Shown here: in pieces, positions 12,701 through 24,700 of the stretch
Numbering within the stretch: position 1 is the first letter of the stretch
Layout of the letters: each line of letters begins with the position of its first letter
Origin: Bugula neritina
Lineage: Eukaryota > Animalia > Bryozoa
NCBI GenBank assembly: GCA_964035545.1
Contig: OZ037765.1
Coordinates: 30,565,504-30,629,503 of the forward strand
Direction of reading: 5' to 3'
Length of the DNA: 64,000 bases
Notes under the pieces: generated by a model
Database searches by the model: none
What the model was told of the DNA's origin: nothing
Seen by the model: only the letters and a program-made list of their open reading frames with translations
Position numbers and translations under genes: made by a program

Positions 12701-15700
12701 TAAAACTTAAAGCACCGGTGATCAATAAAACCCTTGTTTCAGCCGCTAATCAAAGTTCTTGAGCTATGACTGATTACACTTTTCTCAATAACTGAGAACT
12801 ATTATTTTAAAAACTTCTGACCCACCTAGAATCGAGTCTCAGACTTATAACTTACAAGTGAGCTAACCATTACACTGTAGGGGCTACTGGGGATTCACAA
12901 CACCACAATTATCCAGACTTTCAGAAGAACACTCGGAACTGTCACTGAACAGTTACCCTGAGTTATATAACTATACTGAAACCATAACCTGGTGGCTATG
13001 AACTACTTACCCAAAGCTAGAATCTGTGCAGGAGATAACCACGTGGTATAAGCTCGGCCACACAGCTTTAGTGTGCAGGTCTATAGAGCAGTCAACAGTT
13101 TTGGGGGTGAAGTATGGGGAACTCAAGTCTTTGATATCCCACACGTACCTAGTAACGAGGATCATAAGGCTAATAACAAGTATAAGTATTAGAAACCTTA
13201 ACGTTGGTTACAAACCAACATGAAATAGACCTAATAGTTATGGCTTTATGTTCAGATTTCTAGAATACAACTACGCAGCAGTATATGACTACACTGTTAT
13301 TACAATGTGTATATATTTAAAGGAGCTGCAAGAATTTTACTGTAAGCTAAATATTAATAGCATTGGCGTCTGCTGAGTAAATGCCTGCCAACGAAAGTAT
13401 AACAAAATACAGTTTCATATAATAAAGTAGAGCAGTACACACTATATAATACAGTATCATGTGACACTTACCAGCCATGGCAGAAGGTGGAGAATAGGTC
13501 CGGGAGGAAGGGACACCATCTAACAGCAGTGACAATAGAATCGGGAGTTTTAAATACTTTGATAGGTTGAAGGGTGTAGGAGCTGACCTCCCCTCCAATA
13601 TACCAAACAGCCACAGAACCTAAGCGGGTAAAAAAGAGCAGTTATTACAAATACTGGTTCAGTTTAAATCATGGAAACAGAAGCTTAAAGGAGTGAATTG
13701 CATTGCAAGAGAAGTAACTCCCGTTAACACTATTTTCCGTTTATCATGCACAGCTAATCCAGTTTCTCTGCTTACAAATCTGTAGAAAATTAAGTTACTT
13801 TGGTTTTGTTTATTACTGTTTGATGTGGATTACATGAGTTAAAATATTGACGACTATGATGCTTTACAGTATTTGAAGCATTATTATAGAGGAGATAGGA
13901 CAATCCCAAATATTGTACCTGTAGCCTAACAACAAGTAAGTTGTTTTTTATTTAATAAATTTGTAGAATTTTCCTGAGTGGTACAAAGAGAATAATTTTA
14001 AACAATAAATTTCCGCACACTAGCTACTAACATAGTGGACATGGATATATGCTTGACAGAAACAAGTGGTGAGTTTTTAATTGTCGAAAAGTCATAGGTA
14101 GTAAAGGTCATATGTAGTAAAGGTCATAGGTAGTAAAGGTCATATGTAGTAAAGGTCATAGGTAGTAAAGGTTATAGGTGGTAAAGGTCATAGGTAGTAA
14201 AGGTCATAGGTAGTAAAGGTCATATGTAGTAAAGGTCATAGGTAGTAAAGGTCATAGGTAGTAAAGGTCATATGTAGTAAAGGTCATAGGTAGTAAAGGT
14301 CATAGGTAGTAAAGGTCATATGTAGTAAAGGTCATATGTAGTAAAGGTCATATGTAGTAAAGGTCATAGGTAGTAATGGTCATACAGGCTGGCAAGATTT
14401 ACAATTGATTCGCTAAATAAAGACATAAACACGGGCTTTCCATGTACCGATCTCAGATCGATCTTACTGAAATCGATCTGAGAAATGTGCTCAGATCGAT
14501 CGTTTTTCCATGAGAGTGTCAGATCGATCTCGCGAAGTTGCCTCCTCTTAAGTGAAGGATATTTTAAAAGTATATTTTGTTTACCTATTTGAGTGATTAA
14601 AGCTACTACTGTTGAAAACAAGATGGTCCTAGTCTAAAATTTAATCCCAGCTATAAACTATACGCAGCAAAGCTTTCAGTGTATGGTAATTTGGCCAATT
14701 TAAAATAATTAATTTTAATTTTTTAGCTTGACGGCTTATATAAAATTAATGGCTGTCTTGCAGATTATTAATAAACTTACAGGACTGTTAGGCTTAAAAT
14801 TACAAAGAAAATAGCTAATGAAACCAAGTTTTAATAGTCATTTAAATTCAATTTAAATTCTCCCATTTTTTTACCTTCTACTGCATATAATTGAGTTTTC
14901 TTAATGATTGTATTGAAAGTCAAAGTTTTGGCATCTGAAAAGGTGGCTATCATAATTATTAAATACTTTGCTTAGCAATTATCAATAAGTTATCATATTT
15001 ATTAGCAGACAACACTGTAGCGAGCAGTCTTTTTCTACTTCTCAGATCGATCTAGCGTCTTTCCATGGTCTTATTGACATGAGATGGATCTGAGTTCGAG
15101 CTCCACAGACCGACCAGCTCAGATCGATGGAGATCGATCTTTAGCGTCTTTCCATGGATCGATCTCGCTGAGATCGGTACATGGAAAGGCGGTGAAATAA
15201 AATTATAAATGAATCACACCCACACAACAGCTACCTATACACAATAGGAACCACTGTGCTATATAATTACGTAAACTTTACCGGGGACCAATCAGAATGC
15301 TAACAGAACCGAGTAGTGAGTGAACAGGTCTTACCATCAGCAAAGCCAGCCACAACCATCTTAGTATCTTGTCTCTGCCAGTCCACTGATGTGCACTCAT
15401 CCGTGTTACCTGAAACAATACCAACACACCTGGTGAGTGATTCAGTACACTCCTATATAACCAGGTACTAGTACTGATACTATTATTTGTACAAGTACTA
15501 GTATTATTAATATCATCAGTACTAATACTATTAATATCATTGGTACCAGTACTAATACCAGTACCAGTACTAGTACTAGTACTAGTAATAGTACTAGTAC
15601 TGATACTAATACTAGTACCGGTGATACTAATAGTACTAGTACTAATGATATTGCCAATACTTAATCTAGATACCAAACTAATAAAATTTCAGCTTTTTGC

Positions 15701-18700
15701 TGCTTCACACTACTCTTGTATAGCTACTAGCATGTGGTGGGACTGAAGAGGTAAACAACAAAGTATAATGTTTATTTTAATGGCAACAATTATGCTTGAC
15801 TGCTTAATTAACTAGTTAGTTTTGACTGAACGGGCCAAGAAAACAGTCTCAGTAAGAGTATCATAGCACTAGACGTTAAAATAATACTGCTGACTACTCA
15901 ATACTTAGAAATACTATGCAATGTACTAAAAGGTACAGTATATATTAGTTCTTCATAGGAGTTGTCTGCCTTTACATAATAAACATATGGAGCAGAGCTT
16001 TAGATTATCTACTAAAAAAAAATCCAACAGTGTTGTCTCACCATTGACAGAAAGGTTGAGAGATTCAACTAGGCTGTAATCAGCAACTCCAGCTGAAAGC
16101 TTATTTGGGGCCATGAAAGGTACACTGCAACAAATACAGAAACAGTGAAGAAAACGAAAATAGTAGGGGAAAACAGACACATTACATTCTTATAATAACA
16201 ATGTATCATAGTTTAGTCAAAGTGGATTGTTTAATAGTGTTTATGGTTGCTATTCCACTAGAATTAATACTTTATATATAGCTTGACTTCGAAACCAATT
16301 TCTTGAAGTGAAACAGATGTTTAGAAAACTTCATGACAAGTAAAGATGATTCTGAAATAAATCATACCAATCAAGTAAAAGAATACGAAGAATACCTGGC
16401 GATATGTACAGAACCATCTGAGCAAGCCAACGCAAGCAGCCCAAGTCGGTCCATGTGACCCTGCAGTGAGAGATGACAGACCAATTATAACCGCTGACAC
16501 ATGCATTACTTACACTATTTATACTTATTTCCTAAGCAGTTGATAAGAAGCAGCCGTGGTCTAGAGGTTAGAGCGTTTGCCTATTAAACACGAAGTCATG
16601 GATTCGAAACCCGACATAGGTCATTGGTGATGTTAGGAAGAGCATCCAGTCATAATTGCGCCTGTGCCCCATATGAATAAGTCCTTAGCTCAATTTAACA
16701 AAAACCCTTTCCACCAGGGTTTCTCACAGGGATGATGATTAGAAATTTGCGTGAGGTTTTTTATAGGTAACTCAGTTTTAGTGTCAGAATAGGTATAAAA
16801 GGTGAGCAATTTCACACAGTATACAGAATATTCTCATCATATGAAAATATACCTGGAGAGAAGGTATAAATCCGCCATCGTAAGCCCATCTCATCTGATT
16901 AATGCGGCCATAACTGTGTACCAAGTTCATAGAAAGGTCCACTTTAATTTGTTTTTTACTTCTAAGATATATAAACATATAGCTGATACCTTGGCAGCAA
17001 TGATAGTGAGTTATCACAGTGCAGGCTTCAAACTTAGTAATACTATATCACACTCCTGTTTAAACAGTAAACCCACTAGTGAAATTAATACAACAGTACT
17101 CAATGCATTAGATAAGGTCTGTTGCGTTAAAATTCAAAATGTTTATTTTACTTAACATTATTCCCTCATTTCTTTTGCTAGTTATAAAACTTATAAAAGT
17201 TTCAATTTGGAAATTTTCTAACAAATCATGTTTAAAGGCCTGGCCTCACGCTCGTGGCAATCACACGAAACTAATGTGACGATTTTCGTGAGTTATCCTC
17301 TCGTTATGACCAGCCACACACTAGTCGGACGAAATACATAATAAATAGTCCGTTAATGAGTCTTGCACGAGATACAAACAGTAGAACATAGCCAAACAGA
17401 GAAACGTGGTAGAAATGAAATAATTACTGTTGCTAAAATTCTATTGACCAATCAAATGGTGCTTATCATTGATTGTAATTTTTCGTCCATCGTCTTCGTT
17501 GTGTACACCTAACGAAAACGACTTCATTTGAATTCCTTCAAATTTTCTCGTACGACTGTGTTTTCGTGTCAAATAGACGATTTCGTGTGATTCTCACGAG
17601 TGTGTAGCCAGGCCTTTAGTTTTTTATCCCACCTCAGAAACATATTTCAAAAATATAATAAACAAAAGTCTTTTAGTGACATGAACAAAAAAGTGCAACA
17701 TTTGAAAGTAGAAAATATTAGCTTACTCATTAAGATTCTGTACTTTCCAAATAGAAAGTGAGGAAGGGGGACAACTACTGGGTTGTGTTGAGTTAGCCTC
17801 AGCTCCTTCACTGTTCAGTACGACAGCAAAGAATTCGCCATCACAGAGATCTTTAGACGAAGAGGGAAGGGGGCACCAACTGATCATCTTTACAGGTTTT
17901 CCAATATATGAGAGAAATCCATCTACAGTAGCAAAAGATATACTACATACATGTAAGTATACACTGCATAAGTATACACTACATCAGTATACACTACATC
18001 AGTATACACTATACAGTATACACTACATCAGTATACACTATACAGTATACACTGTATCAGTATACACTGTATCAGTATAAGTATACATACTTTTAGAAAA
18101 TAAGCACACTGTTGCAAGTTTAATTTTTTCAGATTTCCAATATACACAGTTTTCAATCATACATTCATTCAAGTAAATGATATTTGGTAGATGACTTACT
18201 AATTGACTAGGATAAATATGAATCGCCTCAAAGCAATATAAATCACTAACTACTGCCCAAATTATTCACTCCAAACTCAGCAGTAAAAATGTGCTATACT
18301 GTGTACAAGACAGATGAAAAATGTGCTATACTGTGTACAAGACAGATGAAAAATGTGCTATACTGTGTACAAGACAGATAACAAATGTGCTATACTGTGT
18401 ACAAGACAGATAACAAATGTGCTATACTGTGTACAAGACAGATAACAAATATGCTACACTGTGTACAAGACAGATAACAAATGTGCTACACTGTGTACAA
18501 GACAGACAACAAATGTGCTACACTGTGTACAAGACAGATAACAAATGTGCTACACTGTGTACAAGACAGATAACAAATGTGCTACACTGTGTACAAGACA
18601 GATAACAAATGTGCTACACTGTGTACAAGACAGATAACAAATGTGCTACACTGTGTACAAGACAGATAACAAATGTGCTACACTGTGTAGAAGACAGATA

Positions 18701-21700
18701 ACAAATGTGCTACACTGTGTACAAGACAGATAACAAACCCGAGTGAGAAGTTACTTCACAAAACTTCAAGCTTTGGACTTCTGCTGAAGAATTTAGAGTA
18801 AAACTTGGACTAGTGCTGGTTGTTTCCTGGGCTTCAACTCTACAACAATTGAACTCCATAGTCACACTGTCACCAGGTAGTACCATACACTGATACAAAC
18901 ATCACAAGATATTATATACATAGGCTGGAGGACACCTTTATAATAATATTATATTCATTAATTGTTATTTAGTTTATCAATTGTTATTTATTTTATTAAT
19001 TTTTATATATTATATTAATTGTTATCTATTTTATTAATTTTTATATATTACATTAGTTATTATTAATTATATTAATTGTTATTCCTTTTATTAATTCTTA
19101 TATATTATATTAATTGAAATTTATTTTATTAATTGCCATTCAATCTATTTTAGTTAAGAATATAGCTTAACAGAAGGAAATTTTCCAAAATCAAGCTACT
19201 ATTCAAATATTTTATTCACGTTTGAGGAATCTCGGTTACATTATATTTGACAATACAAGTTACTAACTTCTTGTAAGACAAACACTCTTTAGTAGGTAGA
19301 AGTTTGGGCAGAATAAGCTTCTCAGATATATGCCGGGATTTACAGACGTTATATCTGGGAAAGGTATAAGGGAAGTCATAACTGAGATATGGATTGCCTT
19401 TGCACTCTCTGCCACTGTGTTTTCTTCTACCACTTGTATCTAAAGAACACCAAGTTAGCAGAATGTTAGCTCTGCTAACCTAATATAAATGAGAGTATGT
19501 AGACCAGTATATCAGAGGGATTTGCACTTCATGGCAACTATTGGGATTAAGTTAGTTTCACTTTCAGTACAATAATTCATCACAAATAAAAATGTGCCCA
19601 TGTGATTTTCCATAATTTTAGCTATTAACAAAAAAATTATTCATTGTAAATAGTGCTGGCGTACATAATGTAAGGAAACAAACAAAATTTTAAAATTATG
19701 TTGGCTTTTGCCATATATCATAGTTTTTTTTTAAAAACATCGTACTTCAACGTATACTATCTCACGCCAAAACATTAAACATATTAATTTAGTTTCAAAG
19801 AGTTGAAAGCAAGCCTGAGTACCTTCTTCTTCGTCCGTCTCACTCACGGAACCGCTCTCGTCCTCAGTAGGATCTCCGCTACTTATGTCGTCATCTGACT
19901 CCACCTGACCGTCAGATCTGTATTCTTCGTCTTCATTTCTCCGCCGCCTTTTTTTCTGAGCAACAGAAAGAGTTTATGCAACTAAATGTGAGTGGTTGGT
20001 AACATTACTACTGCCAGGTAACTTTGAAGGTCAGTACTTCACACTTGATACAACTAATTAGTTTCAAAAGCAACAGATGAACAGTTTGAATAGCTGAAAC
20101 TGTAAAAGAGAGGGGGAAGATCAGACTAAAACAAAAGTAATATTCTACGAAATGCCAACAGTTTGAGAGAGTTAGAAATCAAAATGTATGCATGTCAAAG
20201 TACACAAAATTAATATTGTTAGCTATACGTTATATGATAAAAAATACTATGGGATAATAAGGGGCTTACACATTTGAAGCATCAAGCCATGAGGTAGGGT
20301 TTATGAGGGTTCACTGCCAAGCAGATTGGTGCAGCTAGGGTTCAAACCCCACCAATTTTATATTATTTTATTTACCACAAAAATATCCAAATCACAAGCT
20401 AAAAATATTAAAAACAGAGAGTTTACGAAATGCAATCATCTGTCAATTTGCCAAAATATTTCAGTTCAAATTTGGTAATTTTATAAAATAATAATGCACA
20501 ATATTCCGGTGTAATATTCATACCCCTTTGTGAGACTTGACGTGACTCAGAGCTTCATTCTCACAGCTAAACTTCTCTGGACACCGTTTACAGTTCCACG
20601 TGTGGCTGTTCAGCCCATTGTGTGTACAAGTCCAGTAGTGCTGAGTAATCTCTGTGATATCTTTTAGGTGAACGTCGCAGCCCTAGAAATTAATAGGGAA
20701 GATATATGCTTTGTAAACAACTAGGACTTGTATATTATATTACTATGGTGAGTCAACTGGTATATTATATTACTATGACGAGTCAACTGGTATATTATAT
20801 TACTATGGTGAGTTGATTTGTATATTATATTACTATGATGAGTCAATTTAAACAAGATAAAAGACATTTCGAAAAAAGACTTTGACACAACTGAAATGTA
20901 TGCAACTAAACTCAACAGAAGGGGTAGCTGTTCCTCAACTAATTAGAGCTAGTTGAGCACAAGAAAAAGAAGTTGTTTAGATGTTCTAGACTCTAGTATA
21001 ACTACAACTATGACTCCAAGTCTATCATATCACCTCATGTTTACAATGGAGCACTTCTCCCTTTTCTGAAGCACGTTTCCATTGCTCAACAACCTCTTCA
21101 GGTGGTACGGTCATCTGAGGGGTCGAGTACAAGTCTTTCCAATTGACCTCTTCTTTCTCATCAGTCAAATCCTTAATCACTCTCCTGGCTCTACAGATTA
21201 AATAAGTTTCCGTTTAACCAGTGCCTGTACAACTATTCTCAAATAGTTTAAAATTTCAAAAATATTAAGCTATAATAAACATGTTTGGTGCAAAAAAGTA
21301 CTGTGGATAATAATAGATGCTGCGAGGTACATGCACCAGAGTGACCTTGTTATCCTACTTCCTGTCACTCCAGTTACTATGGTTACTGAGGGTTATATAT
21401 ATTATATAGAGGACTGCCTAATCAAAACCAGAATCCATAATTTTTCAGTAACAGAGTGTCTGCTACTGAATTTATCTTGATACTCACTTAAAAATAATAA
21501 GTCGGAAATTAAAGGTTCAATTCTTAGTAACATATAATAAAGATAATATAATAAAATAATATACAAACATAAGAAACATAAAATTTCTCAATTTCTTTTC
21601 ATATTTGAAGAACATATCAGAAATTGGAAGAATTTGTGAAAACTATATTTACAAGCCGCACACAAAGTGATTCCTGGCTGCCAGAGAGGGAGAAAAGCAG

Positions 21701-24700
21701 CTACTTACTTGGCTGCTGCTTTTCGTTTTTTAGACATCGAGGAGGAAGATTTCTGTTCCTTTGGTTTCTCTTTTTCCTCTGTCTGCTGAGCCTCCAACAT
21801 CTCCTGCCTCTTCCTGCACGAGACGTCATGGAGATGCTTCCAGAATGCTGACACATTTTTTAGGCAGAGTTCACACCGCACCTTCGCGTCCTACAGCACA
21901 TTTCATAACTATATAAATGGTTCATAACTATTAATGACTATATGAATGATTTAGCATCTCTCAGTACTGCAAGAGCCTAACATTGGCTTTATTTAAAGCT
22001 ACGAGAAGCATCATATATATTAATAGTATAGTAAAAGGTACAATGTGCTATATATACACATATTGTAAATCTTATGATAAAAAAGAAGTCAATAATCTAA
22101 AATGGCCATTTGGACCAAAAGTTTTTTTATTAAAAACATAATGCATTGCTGATTAAGATATACACAAAAGCCATCTGAAATTGATAGTAAATTTAACTAA
22201 CAATTTAATATGTCTCTTTCACTACAAATGACCAATTAAATAATTTTTCAAGATTCTAAAGTTTTTATCATAGTCTACATTGTATAGAACTGATGTACCA
22301 TACATAACTAAGCTTCATGACAATTTTAATATATTCTGTTATACATTATACATATATACCTTATTCTAAGTTATTAGCTAATTGTACAACTACATTACAT
22401 TACAAATAATGCTGAGTTAATATAGTTGCAACTTAGAAGTTAAAAGTTATTTAAAGAAGACAACTTCCAATGATCTATGTGTTTAGCAGACTATAAAATT
22501 AGACGAGTTTTATATCAAAACATCATTTAGCAAAGTGTAGAACAGCTTTGTACTCACTCTGTCAGATTTACAAAGCTGAACATGTTGTTTATAATAAGCA
22601 GGAGTTCTGATGGCCTTATTACAGTTTGAGCAGGTCAGTTTACCACCCAGTAAAGTGGAGACTTTCTTGAGAGACTTTAGGTCATCAGTTCCTTCGGGGG
22701 TTGACTTTGAGTACTGAAAGATATGGGCAGACGTGTTGGTTATGATATACACTTTGCGGTAAGAAAAGATTTATCATTTGAAATTATATAATTTATAATT
22801 AATTTGGAATTTCAGCCAGGTGTGAAATAATGAGGAGCATAACATGCTACCAGTAGGATTTTCAACACCAACCTCTAGAAAAAGAAGGGTGAATAAAGAG
22901 CGTTTTAAAAGCACCACACTAAAGTATAGCATGAATTATACAACTATGAGTAAAAATGCTACCACAGCAGGTTAGTTTAGCAGAGGTAGCTTGTGGAATG
23001 CAAGCTCAGCAAAAATCACTTTTCTAATCATAGTTTGTAGAGTGTAGAGTGAGTTATTCTTTTTTAAAGTTACTAAATTGGACTAATAGTAGATAAATGC
23101 TCACTTTACACTGCTAACTGGCATCTAAATTTCTTTACCTTATAAATAATATCAAGTTTCTAAATAAAGTTGTACAGAAGGAAAATTGGAATTGTCTTCA
23201 ATCGCAAATGGTAAATTTTGTCAAAATCTAAACAGGATAAAATGTAACTGAAAAATGATACATTACTAGCAGTATGTGGGCGCTGGCATAGTGGAACTTC
23301 ATCTTTGCAAAGTTTTCTTCAGTAAAGTCACAATGCTGGCACTGTAATATCTACAAAGATAAACTTAGACTATAATACTTAAAAAACCTATAGACGAGTG
23401 ACAATAAGTTATGATTCGAAACAGACAAATCAGTCGGCAGCAAGCAGCATTTTTCAGATACTTTCTACAACAAACCTTGTTTTCTTCTTTCCCATCTTTT
23501 TCGTCTTTGGATGTTATATATTTCTTCTTTCCGGCTTTTCTTTTACCTTTTGATACCTGATACAAACAGACTCAAGTTACAGCAAAAAAGAGCAAGCAAT
23601 CACAGCATTTTTTCTATATGATTTATGAAACAGTAATAATCTAATTTGTTGTTAAAAGTAGTTCATAGCTTATAGAAACAATCACAAAGTTCTGTAAAAA
23701 ATTGAGTAGTGATATGAATGCAGTAGTATTACTAACATTATTAGACTTGTCTGGTTCTTCTTCTTCAGATTCTGACTTCACTCGAAGTGATTTTCTTCCT
23801 CGTTTCTTTGATGGTTTGTCTTCTAATTTCTACGAATATTATAAATTCAGGAAAATATTTCATATATCATTAAAAACAAATTAGATAGGATGTGGAAAAT
23901 ATTATGCATGAGAGACAAGATTTTTAGGAATTGCTCAGATTTAGAGAGAACAAAAGCAGTAAGCTAATGCCATCTAGCATTTTTCATATACTTAGATAGT
24001 TCATGAAAGTTTACTGAAGATAAAAAGTAAAAAAGATAACAAAAACAAAACTCATGATGCAGAGTGAGAATAGCTGTCCCATTAATCCATTATGCAAAGT
24101 TGTGTATTAACTCAACACCAATAAAACATGACTTGGCCATATTTGGTCTTTTACATTGTACAAAATATTTATAAAATAAGCAAAACAAATGTTGGTCAGA
24201 CTTAATAAATTCAGAGCTCCATAATGAAATAGCAAAAACGCTAGAAGATTGAGTGACATTACTAGAACACCTAAGGCTAAATTTTCTAGAATGATCTTGA
24301 GTCACTATAGAATGTGATAAACTAATAGCCTTATGAAAAATAAATAAACTGAATCTATTTCTCAAAACAACTTGATAAAAAGTTAACAACAATCAAAAAC
24401 AGAGAATGAAAGAAACACAGAGAATACATTGGAAGGTGGCTGAGAGAAAATGAATTGATATTTATATTAGCAGTAGAACACTTCCATGGTGGACAGATAA
24501 AAAGGGGCATATTAGTAACAATGTCTTCTACTAGAGCAAAAAATAATTAAAGAAAATATACTAGAACACTGTTAAATTATTTCTAAATGTGATTATACCC
24601 AAACAAAGTGGATATTATATACTTTATGTTGTAAAATCTGAAAATCAATAAAAAAAATCACCTAAATGAATACAAACATAGTAAAACTATACTTACATGC

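Noticed and set aside
15278-15746. Thr/Ser- and Val/Leu-rich ORFs (also 18417-18605, 26550-26753, 27103-27312, 60458-60695)
   Set aside because: Products of simple or tandem repeats; the only real coding part is GTF3C2 exon 15335-15409, in another frame.
16549-16625. Possible tRNA gene (also 48520-48598)
   Set aside because: A/B boxes are present but there is no acceptor stem or cloverleaf, and both copies continue into a shared SINE body.
16990-17055. Candidate extra GTF3C2 exon with AG/GT borders
   Set aside because: Stop codons in all three frames; the flanking exons join in phase without it.
18840-18889. Longer version of exon 18739-18839 suggested by the ORF track
   Set aside because: The upstream CAG acceptor is out of phase with the GTTAGT donor at 19267; the TAG at 18840-18842 fits.
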